Shown here piece after piece: positions 15,144 to 33,229 of a stretch of DNA of 64,000 nt (positions are counted from its first letter, which is position 1; each line of letters opens with the position of its first letter). Made by a program: the position numbers and the translations under genes. Location: NCBI RefSeq assembly GCF_009914755.1, contig NC_060940.1; one strand, given 5' to 3'. The notes below the pieces were generated by a model. That model made no database searches, was not told the origin of the DNA, and saw only the letters and a list, made by a program, of their open reading frames with translations. Source of the stretch: the human T2T-CHM13v2.0 reference genome, Homo sapiens.

Positions 15144-15756
15144 TGTAAAGAATGTGGGGAAGCTGTCAGCTACACTCATTCACGTTGAAGACATGAAAGA
15201 CCTCTCGTTCTCCAGATGTCCATGACTTGAGGAATGTGGCTAGGCAATCAGCATCTCATCACAACCCGGCAGGCAGGAACTCACCCTGGAGCCCTATGCA
15301 GCAGACACAGAGAAAGCCCTCAGTGTTCTCTAAGGTCTTGCTGAATATGGATGGTATCCAGTAGAGAGAACTCTATTGATGTGTGATATGCAGCAGCATT
15401 GTTGCTGTTCTGCTCAGTACTTTGATGATCCCTTGTGATCTCACAATGAAGAAAAACCTTAGGAGGGTGAGAATTGTTGGGAAGTCATTTTTTACATTAC
15501 ATCTTTCCTCACCCTTTAGTAAACGTGGTGATTGACACTTGAAGTGTTGTGAATGTATGGAAGATAGCAGTCGCTTCCCTGTGTTCTAAAACCTTGTGGG
15601 CTAACTTGAGACATGTCTTTCTGGGGGTTCTGTAGACGTATTTTGAATCTTTATGATGCTGCACTGATCATTCTTGGAGTGAGGACTCTGTTCCCTGTAG
15701 AAATCCTCCAGTCTGGTTGCTACAGTGTCCATGTCGCAGCCTGGCTAACAGTAGGC

Positions 15757-16660
15757 CTTGAGGACTCAGATGTGATCCTGTGTGAGCAGTGTAGGCTCTG
15801 GTTGGTTAGTCTTGAGGATCCAGATGTGATTCTTTGAGCAGCGTAGGCTCTGGTTGGTTAGTCTTGAGGATCCAGATGTGATTCTGTGAGCAGTGTAAGC
15901 TCTGGTTGGTTAGTCTTCAGGATCCAGATGTGATCTTGTGTGAGCACTGTAGGCTCTGGTTGGTTAGTCTTGAGGATCCAGATGTGATTCTGTGAGCAGT
16001 GTAGGCTCTGGTTGGTTAGTCTTGAGGATGCAGATGTGATTCTGTGTGAGCAGCGTAGGCTCTGGTTGGTTAGTCTTGAGGATCCAGATGTGATTCTGTG
16101 AGCAGCATAGGCTCTGGTTGGTTAGTCTTGAGGATCCAGATGTGATTCTGTGAGCAGCGTAGGCTCTGGTTGGTTAGTCTTGAGGATCCAGATGTGATTC
16201 TGTGAGCAGCGTAGGCTCTGCTTGGTTAGTCTTGAGGATCCAGATGTGATCCTGCGTGAGCAGCGTAGGCTCTGGTTGGTTAGTCTTGAGGATCCAGATG
16301 TGATCCTGTGTGAGCAGCGTAGGCTCTGGTTGGTTAGTCTTGAGGATCCAGATGTGATTCTGTGAGCAGTGTAGGCTCTGGTTGGTTAGTCTTAGGTATC
16401 CAGATGTGATCCTGTGTGAGCAGCGTAGGCTCTGGTTGGTTAGTCTTGAGGATCCAGATGTGATCCTGTGTGAGCAGCGTAGGCTCTGGTTGGTTAGTGT
16501 TGAGGATCCAGATGTGATTCTGTGAGCAGTGTAGGCTCTGGTTGGTTAGTCTTGAGGATCCAGATGTGATCCTGTGTGAGCAGTGTAGGCTCTGGTTGGT
16601 TAGTCTTAAGTATCCAGATGGGATCCTGTATGAGCAGCGTAGGCTCTGGTTGGTTAGTCA
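15757..16660. repeat. 52-54-bp VNTR, ~17 copies
   Basis: Unit GTAGGCTCTGGTTGGTTAGTCTTGAGGATCCAGATGTGAT(T/C)CT(GT)GTGAGCAG(C/T); copies counted by eye. Confidence 0.95.
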
Positions 16661-16983
16661 TGCTCTTAGGCATGACCCACCTGTAGGGTCCCACACTGGC
16701 CAATGTTGGGGCATAACACAGCTCTACATTTTATGAAAATGCCCTTGTTCCTCTCCCATACCTGATCCCTTCAGATAAAACACCAGGGTGCAAGGAGGGG
16801 CAGAGTGGAGAGGGGCGAGGTCTGTACCCTGAGATGCCCCCGTTTCATGGCCGTGGAGGGAGAACCACCACCCCCCACGTGGGGAGGAGGGAATTCCTGT
16901 ACCTTAGGCAGTGCCGGACGGGTGAGAGCCCTGAGTGTCCTTGTTGACCTCCAGATCCTCTTCACAGCATGCAGAGCGGTCCT

Positions 16984-17108
16984 GGCAGCTGCTGCAATCT
17001 GGCACTCCTGGGGCAGCTGCTGCGATCCGGCACTGATGAGGCAGCTGCTGTGATCCGGCATTCATGGGGCAGCTGCTGCGACCCGGCACTCCTGGGGCAG
17101 CTGCTGCT
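16984..17108. repeat. 28-bp tandem repeat with GCAGCTGC core, ~4.5 copies
   Basis: GGCAGCTGCTG at 16984, 17012, 17040, 17068 and 17096. Confidence 0.9.
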
Positions 17109-17390
17109 TGTGTGTGTGCTGCTCCTTTGTGTACCATGAAAACAGACCAGGGACACGGCTGGTCCTGATGTTCTGTGGCGCTTGGCCCTGTCACTGGCGC
17201 TTCTTGGATGAGGCCCTTAAACACACACAGTGGCAGAGCAAGACTTCATGTGAGTGACACGAATGTGTGTCCTCTGGCTGCAGCAATCCTGGGTTATGTT
17301 TTTTGTGGCCATCAGGGCAGCAGCTGCTTGGTGACTGTTTCTGTGGTGTTGAATCCCCACGGTATAAAGGTAATCTACAACGAGGTGAAC

Positions 17391-17396
17391 AATAAA
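17391..17396 (+). terminator. Candidate polyadenylation signal for ZNF778
   Basis: First canonical AATAAA I could find downstream of the stop codon; whether it is used cannot be seen from sequence. Confidence 0.35.
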
Positions 17397-17662
17397 TCCT
17401 GGATGGACAGACCCGTGCACCTTCATATTACGTGTTTGAAATCCTGGATGGACAGACCCGTCCACCTTCATGTCACGTGTTTGAAATTCTGGATGGACAG
17501 ACCCATGCACCTTCATGTTACGTGTTTAAAATTCTGGATGGACAGACCCGTGCACCTTCCTGTCACATGTTTGAAATCCTGGATGGACAGACCTGTGCAC
17601 CTTCATGTCACGTGTTTGAAATTCTGGATGGACAGAGCCATGCACCTTCATGTTACGTGTTT
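17394..17662. repeat. 45-bp VNTR, 6 copies
   Basis: Unit AAAT(C/T)CTGGATGGACAGACCCGTGCACCTTCATGT(C/T)ACGTGTTTG. Confidence 0.93.
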
Positions 17663-18616
17663 GTTGTGGAGAGGAGTGGGTTGTGCCATGTTTCTCTTGT
17701 GGGATTGAGTGTGGCTATTTAGCTCATCTGTTGCCACCTTTAATTGTTGGCATTGACACTAAAGGTCATCAGATTAGCGGGAACCAGCTTGTGGGGTTGT
17801 AGCGGCTCCTGGACTGGTCTCAGGTGACATCCTGATTGGCTGAAATAAGTCCTGCAGGTCTCTGCTAGAACTGACTCACAGTTGCCTGAGTCCAGAACTT
17901 GTGGGTCACAGGTGACGCCAGGACTGCATCATCCTGGTGCTCGGACTCCTAGTGACAGCATCCTGAGCAGGCGGTAGCCCAGACACCACCCTGCCTGATA
18001 TGCCCACTGTTGGTGGAGACATCACCCCAGCACAGACCTCAATTAAGACGACTACCCCTCCGACGACTCCCCCTCCCTTCACTGGAGGTGACTTCACGCA
18101 CTTCTTCAGAACCTCCTCAGCAGCGATGCCCATGGACTGGGGTTCCTAAGGCACAAATTTGATATTTGAGATTCTGTGATGAGCTGAGCTTGCTGTCCGC
18201 TAACCCGTGATCCTGGTGTAATCTCAACCAAAACCCACAGCCCTGCACCCCTTGCCTGTAGGAAAATCTGGTAGGAGTTAGTAGTGTCTGTGAAGTCTCA
18301 ATAATTGATACCAAAATGTTTTGTTTCACCAGGAGGTGCCCGCCTCCTATCAGCCTCTGGGAAGGCCACTGTCTCCCCAGTGCCTTCTCCTCCGCTGCAG
18401 CTTTCCATCTCATCTCCTTACTCCCTTGACTTGGCTTCACACAGAGCCTCTTCTTTACACATACTAACTGTTTGCTTCATACCCTCCTGCAGCAGAACTA
18501 CAGACCTGCCATCCTGATAATTGTCAAACTCATCCCTTTATCACCTTTATAACTCCTCAAGGATATTATCATTGGACCCCCAACATTTCAAAGTGATTTT
18601 CTTGAGTAATACCATA

Positions 18617-19020
18617 TGCTGTGATGTGGATGTGATTGGTTTGCCCTCATCAAGTCTCATGTTGAGCTTTGACCCTCAGTGTGGCAGTGCTGGGAGGGGG
18701 CCTGGTGGGGGTTTGGGTCATGGGGGCACCCTCCTGAATAGTTGGATACCATTCATTCTTGCTGTGTCAAGCCTGGATTGGTTTGTAGGGGAATGCACTA
18801 GTTACTGGGAGCATGGTTGTGATAAAGCCAAGCCGTCCCTCGGGTTTGGCTCACTGCCCTTGACCTTCTCTGCCCTGTTTGACACAGCAAATAGTCCTCA
18901 CCAGAAGCAGGTCAGATGCCAGTGCTATGCTTGCACAGCCTGCTGAACCATGAGCCAAATAAGCCTCTTTCTAAGTTACCCACAGCCTCAAATATGTAGC
19001 AACACAGACAGACTAAGACA
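18617..19020 (+). mobile_element. MaLR solo LTR (MST-like)
   Basis: TGCT...CTCATGTTG start, GAACCATGAGCCAAATAA motif and GACTAAGACA end typical of MST LTRs. Confidence 0.7.
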
Positions 19021-19237
19021 CCAAGCATGATGGAAAACTGGGTTATGGGCAGGACTGCAAGTACTGGTTAGGCAGATACCTGTATTTCTCTTCCTAACTC
19101 TCAGAACGTGTTCTGTGTCACTTAGGGCAACTTATGCCCTCCTGTGTGAAAATCTCCACTCCCAATGTCTGAGGGTTCCTCAGAGTAAGATAAAATATTA
19201 AAGGACCAATTGTATTAATTATGTTTTATTTTTTTTT

Positions 19238-20737
19238 TGTTAGGGTACATTTTCATCCTGGGGTCTTGCTGTGGGGGCTAGACCGTCCCTCTCAGGCTAG
19301 ATCATTCCTAAAGATGGTAAACAACTTGCTGGAAACATGCACTGCATATACAAATCAACTCACTGCATATGCAAATCAACTCACTGCATATGCAACTCAA
19401 TTCACACCGTATATGCAACTCAACTCACACCGTGTATGCAAATCAACTCGCACAGCGTATGCAACTCAACTCGCACTGCGTATGCAACTCAACTCGCACT
19501 GCGTATGCGAATCCACTCACTGCCTATGCAACTCAGCTCGCTCTGCGTATGCAACTCAGCTCGCTCTGCGTATGCAACCCAGCTCGCTCTGCGTATGCAA
19601 CTCAAGTCGCACTGCATATGCAACTCAGCTCGCTCTGCGTATGCAACTCAGCTCGCACTGCGTATGCAACTCAGCTCGCTCTGCGTATGCAACTCAGCTC
19701 GCTCTGCGTATGCAACTCAGCTCGCTCTGCGTATGCAACTCAGCTCGCACTGCGTATGCAACTCAGCTCGCTCTGCGTATGCAACTCAGCTCGCTCTGCG
19801 TATGCAACTCAGCTCGCTCTGCGTATGCAACTCAGCTCGCTCTGCGTATGCAACTCAGCTCGCACTGCGTATGCAACTCGCACTGCGTATGCAACTCAAC
19901 TCGCACTGCGTGTGCAACTCAACTCGCACTGCGTGTGCAACTCAACTCGCACTGCGTGTGCAACTCAACTCGCACTGCGTGTGCAACTCAGCTTGCTCTG
20001 TGTATGCAACTCAACTCGCACTGCGTATGCAAATCAACTCACTGCATATGCAACTCAGCTCGCACTGCATATGCAACGCAACTCAACTCATACTGCGTAT
20101 GCAACTCAACTCACACTGTATGCAACTCAGCTCGCTCTGCATATGCAATTCAACTCGCACTGCGTATGCAAATCAACTTACTGCATATGCAACTCAACTC
20201 ACTGCGTATGCAACTCAACTCGCACTGCGTATGCAACTCAACTCGCACTGCGTATGCAACTCAACTCGCACTGCGTATGCAACTCAGCTCGCACTGCGTA
20301 TGCAACTCAACTGTTGCAAGTACTTATTTCCGGCCACTTCCTTTTTCTAACTACCACACCAAGCCAGTATTTCTCCTCCCTGAAGTCAGCCCAGGATGAG
20401 GCACTAGACAGCAGGACATGCTGTATGCCCTTGGGCCTGCTGGAAGTATGCAGACTAGCCAGCCCCAGACTTCATCCTGCCCTGTCCTGCCTTTCCTGTG
20501 AAAACCCTGTGGCCTCTGCCTCCCCTGGCTCTGACTTCTGCCTCCTGCCCAGCTCTGCAGCTCCCCTTGGGCCCTGCCTGGAGTGATGTGCCGCCTTCTC
20601 TTGACACTGTGAGTGATAAACTTTCCATGTCAGGAACCTGTGTGTGTCACTCACTCACCTTGACGAGTCCGCGTCTAGGCCCCACCAGTGGTGTGGTTTT
20701 CCTCATAGTCTCTCTACCTAAGCACATGTCTGTGACA
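19238..20737 (+). mobile_element. ERVL-type solo LTR (MER54/MER73/MER74-like) interrupted by a VNTR
   Basis: TG...CA ends; GCTAGATCATTCCTAAAGATGGTAAACAACTTGC and CAGACTAGCC segments resemble this family as I recall it. Confidence 0.55.
19335..20312. repeat. 23-bp VNTR GCAACTCA(G/A)CTCGC(T/A)CTGCGTAT, ~40 copies
   Basis: Directly visible; stop-free on +, producing three overlapping spurious ORFs. Confidence 0.97.
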
Positions 20738-21204
20738 AGGTCTTACCCAGCCCAGGGATTCTTGAACTATCTGTAGGAACTGCCATGTTGACTCCTGGGC
20801 AGTTTTATTCTTTCTCTCTACTCGTTCAACCTTCTTAGGGAGTGACGTTTTTTCCAAAGTGGTTGTGAAACAGCATCTCCTTGGGGTGTTGGTTTGCACT
20901 TCTCTTCATTACTGATAGTATGAACATGGTTTTGCTTACGCTGGCTATTTTCCTTTTTGGATGAAGTACCTGGTCTTGTTTTTTCCTGGTTTGTTTGATC
21001 TTTGTTCTTTTTTAGAAATAGTGAGGCTGTTGTGAGGTGAGTCACCACTTGTGACTTAGAAGATTGCAGTGGTTTCCACTTCACCTGTTTCCACTTTTGT
21101 GATGATGCCTTAAGGAAAAAGATTGTGCCAGGTGTGGTGGCTCAGGCCTGTAATCCCAACACTTTGGGAGGCCGAGGTGGGTGGATCACAAGGTCAGGAG
21201 ATCA

Positions 21205-21512
<308 letters not shown>

Positions 21513-21949
21513 CTATTTTGGCTTCCACAGTTTCTATGTTTTATCCCAAGTTGCTTAATCCATTTGGAGTTGATTTTTGTTGACCGTATCTGTAGAGTGT
21601 AATGTCATTTTTCCCACTATGGACATAAAAATTTTTGCAAGGCCTCTTTTTTTTAATGAAGAAAAGAGGTTTATTTTGTTCACAATTCTGAAGGCCTGGA
21701 GGGTCCCAGAAGCTTGGCACCAGCACCCACTAGGCTCCAGATCGGGGCCTCATGCTGACTTCCGTTTTCACACAACGAGTGGGAAACAGGTGTCCTAACA
21801 CTGTGAGAGAAAAAATCCCAAAGTTTAGTTTTTCCCATTCGCTTGCCCTGGCCTCCAGGCATTCCTGCAGCAGCAAACACATCATCAGCCTTAGGAGCTG
21901 GCCTGTGAGGTTGACCACTCTGTAGGTGGACAAGCCTCGCCCGAGAAGA

Positions 21950-27376
<5,427 letters not shown>

Positions 27377-27522
27377 CTAAATGTGGACAAAACGTGCACA
27401 CGTGGGTGATGTGAATGGTTTCGGGGCGATTGGGAAGAGGGCCTGGCCAGCAGGGGGCGGTAGCGCAGGCAGGCCGGGTTCCGCGGTGCCTCGCCGGCTT
27501 CGGGGTGGGGGTCACCGCTCAG

Positions 27523-27620
27523 AAGGGGAGGAGAGCGAGGGACTTCCGGGGGGAAGGGAGGAGAGCGAGGGACTTCCGGGGGGAAGGGAGGAGAGCGAGG
27601 GACTTCCGGGGGTAAGGGAC
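27523..27620. repeat. 30-bp tandem repeat x3 with ETS site (ACTTCCGG) in a small CpG-rich patch
   Basis: GGGAGGAGAGCGAGGGACTTCCGGGGG repeated at an exact 30-bp period. Confidence 0.9.
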
Positions 27621-28018
27621 TCGGTGAGGAACTCGGGGGATCGGAGAGGGGCTCGTGTGCTGGGCGACAGTGACACACTCAGCAGCCCGGCGGGAGCCGC
27701 GGTCGGTACCGTCTGAAGGGCAGCCGGGGCTGGGGGACCGACAGCTCTCAGGTGTCGGTTTTTCTGTGGCTAGCGGATGTTTGGCACCATTTCACAGGGC
27801 ACACAGGGCAGACGGGACCTAGATGACGACAGATCTGCGTGTTTGGGCTCTGTTTGAAACAGACCTCAGCCAGAGTCTTGAAGAGCAGAACCCGGAGTGT
27901 TGAAGTCACAAGAGATCAACATCCCTACGGTGTGAAATCCTGAAAACGGCAAATCCCAAAGGACGAAACGCCCGAAAATGATGTCATCCTTTAAGTGTTT
28001 TCTTCTTTTTTCTTTTCT

Positions 28019-28051
<33 letters not shown>

Positions 28052-28363
28052 AGTCAGGATCTCGCTCTGTCGCCCAGGCTGCAGTGCAGTGCCGCTATCG
28101 TGGCTCACTGCAGCCTCAGCCTCCTGGGCTCGAGTGGTCCTCCCACCAGAGCCTCCCACACTGCTGGGATTACAGGCACCAACCACCTTGCGCAGCTAGA
28201 GAGTAATTTTTAAACTTCTTTAAAAGACAGTTAGACTGGACATGGTGGCTCACGACGGGAATCCCAGCAATTTGGGAGCTCAAGCTGGGGGGATCGCTAG
28301 AGTCCAGGAGTTTGAGACCAGCCTGGGAAACAGGGAGACCGTGTCTCTACGAAAAAAAGTTTA

Positions 28364-29048
<685 letters not shown>

Positions 29049-29599
29049 TGATCTGCCCACCTTGGCCTCCCAAAGTGCTGGGATTACAGGCGTGAGCCGC
29101 TGTGCCCGGCCTCAAACGTCTAATCTTTAACAAAAGTTCCAAGCGGGCCAAGGGCACAGATGCTGCCTGCACCTGCGCAGCCACCCACCGTCGACAGGAG
29201 AGCAGAGGCACCAGGCCTGCTCCCACCACAGAGAGAAACGGGCTCCCCAGCCCAGCTCTGGGCTGGTCAGCAACCCCCACTCCCCACCCTGCCTGCTCAA
29301 AAGAAAGGGTCCTCGTGCCTCCAGCCCCCTCCACCCTCCCTCCAGGACCTTCCTGACCGTGCGCTGGGCCTGTGCAGGTGTTGAGCCACACCCACGCCCT
29401 TCCAGGGGGCGGGGTCTCGAAGGGGAGAGCAGGTGCTATAGTCAACAGGAGGGAGGGCTTCTGGCCGAGGTGGCAAGGAGGCTCCAGGAGGAGAAGACAG
29501 TGTTGACCTGGGGCATTGAGGGATGAGGAGTCCTGTAGGCAGCAGTGGAAAGGAAGGTGCTCCAGACAGGGGGCCTCGGGGAACAAGGGGATGCTGGAG

Positions 29600-30468
29600 T
29601 GTCACTGGTGATGAATCTGTTCGGGTCTGCGGCAACCTCAGTTCTTGCCTCCTTAGAAGAAAGAATTCAACCGAGGGGCATAAGGCAGAGGGAGAGACCG
29701 AGGCACGCTTCAGAGCAGAAGTGAAGTTTATTAAAAAGCTTTAAAGGAGGAAGGAAAGTACGCCTGGAAGAAGGCTAGGAGGGCACCTTGAAAGACCAGT
29801 GTGTGGTTTGACCTTCTGACTTGGGGTTTGATACAGTGACATAATGCGGGGTCTTGTGTTACTTCTCCCCACCCACCCAGCTCCTGAGATCTTAACGGGA
29901 AGCTGCTGATCACCAGCTTCAGCTGTTGTCTATCTGTTAGGAGGCTGTCTTTCTCTGGCGCTGGCTGTGACCAATTATTACTTTAGAGACAGTTAACAAC
30001 TACCTGACCATCACCTCATGGTGGCCAGCACACCTGTTGTGTGTGTGTGGTGGTGGGGAGCCCTCTCCTGCCCTGCTCATACCCCCTAGCTACCCACACT
30101 AACATTTCCCCCCGCAGGAGGCCAAGACCCCAGTTCTTGAGGGAAATGGACAAAGGTCAGTCTTCTGTAACTGCTGTCTGCTGACAGAGGGGCAGCGGTG
30201 GTGGTTCTGTGAGTATTGGCCTCTTGCTGTCAGGGCACGGTTGGCTCCATGGGTTAGTGAAAGTGGTGGCCAGCCAGGGAGCGGTATCCAGGGAGACGGG
30301 CAGGATTGTGCCTCTGTCCTGTCCCCCTGATGGGCAGTCCAGGGGTCCCCTGTAGAAGGGTGGCTCTTGAATATTGAGAGGACCTATCTCTCACTGAGGA
30401 CCACCTGGAGATTGATGACCTGAAGGCAAGAGGAGACAAATCAGGTTATTAGATTTAGAAGAATGTTT
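29600..30468 (-). mobile_element. ERV1 remnant: MER50-like 3' LTR (29600-30104), polypurine tract and env tail
   Basis: Minus strand GGGGGGAAA-TGTTAG LTR junction; upstream frame ILLNLIT*FVSSCLQVINLQVVL resembles a gammaretroviral TM cytoplasmic tail. Confidence 0.75.
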
Positions 30469-31475
30469 GTCTGGGCACGGTGGCTCATGCCTGTAATTTC
30501 AGCACTTTGAGAGGTCGAGGTGAGCAGATCACCTGAGGGACAGGAGTTCAAGACTAGCCTGGGCAACGTGGTGAAACTCCATCTCTACTAAAAACACAGA
30601 AAAAAAATTAGATAGGCCTGATGGCACGTGCCTGTAATCCCAGCTACTTGGGAGGCTGAGGCATGAGAATCTTGAACCTGGGAGGCGAAGGCTGCAGTGA
30701 GCTGAGATCAGGCCATTGCACTCCAGCCTGGGCGACAGAGGAGGACTTCTTTAAACAAACAAGGCCGGGCACCGCAGCTCACTCCTCAGCACTTCGGGAG
30801 GCCAAGGCAGGCGGATCACGAGGTCAGGAGTTGGAGACCAGCCTGGCCAACATGGTGAAATCCTGTCTCTACTAAAAATGCAAAAATTAACCGGGCGTGG
30901 TGGTGCATGCCTGTAATCCAGCTACTCGGGAAGCTGAGGCGGGAGAATTACTTGAACCTGGGAGACAGAGGTTGCAGTGACCCCGCCATTGCACTCCAGC
31001 CTGGGCGAGACTCAGTCTCAAATAAAAAAGATTTAGGTAGCTTCGCCCGGCTGGCAGACATGTATGGGCACCCGTGAGGGTCGGAGCAAAGGGCCAGATG
31101 GGACCACCGCTGGCTTCACCAAAGTGCCACAGGATCCACCTCCTATTCTAAGGGACCCCAGGGATACCCACGTCCTCGGTGGTGTCATAGACACAGCCCA
31201 CACACCACCCAGCTAAGGGCCATAGCCATGACGCAGGCCTAAGAAATGAACCCCAGCACCTGCGGCCGCACCCTCCCTGTCCTGCCCATTTCAAGAGGGA
31301 CTTGGGCAGCGGCTGGAGAACTGTGCTCAGTGGCATTTCCCGGCGAGGTGCTTGACCCTTGGCCTCAGCTCTGCGCCTCCCCATGCCCTTTCCAGTTCCT
31401 GGCTCTTTTTATCCAGCTTAATCTACTGCTGGGGGCCGTGCTATCCCTGAGTTTTTACTTTAAAATCTAACGTTT

Positions 31476-33180
<1,705 letters not shown>

Positions 33181-33229
33181 CATCCGACGTTTCGTGAAAG
33201 CTGACTGGGCATTAGTGGATCCAAGCACC

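Noticed and set aside
15757-16660. CRISPR-like regular array
   Set aside because: No unique spacers, no cas genes, human DNA; it is a head-to-tail minisatellite.
17175-17722. Cys/His-rich repeated peptide (WMDRPVHLHVTCLK)
   Set aside because: Translation of the 45-bp VNTR, not a zinc finger.
19221-20586. Three overlapping 337-405-aa ORFs
   Set aside because: Artefact of a stop-free 23-bp repeat; all three frames give the same repeating peptide, with no splice or promoter context.
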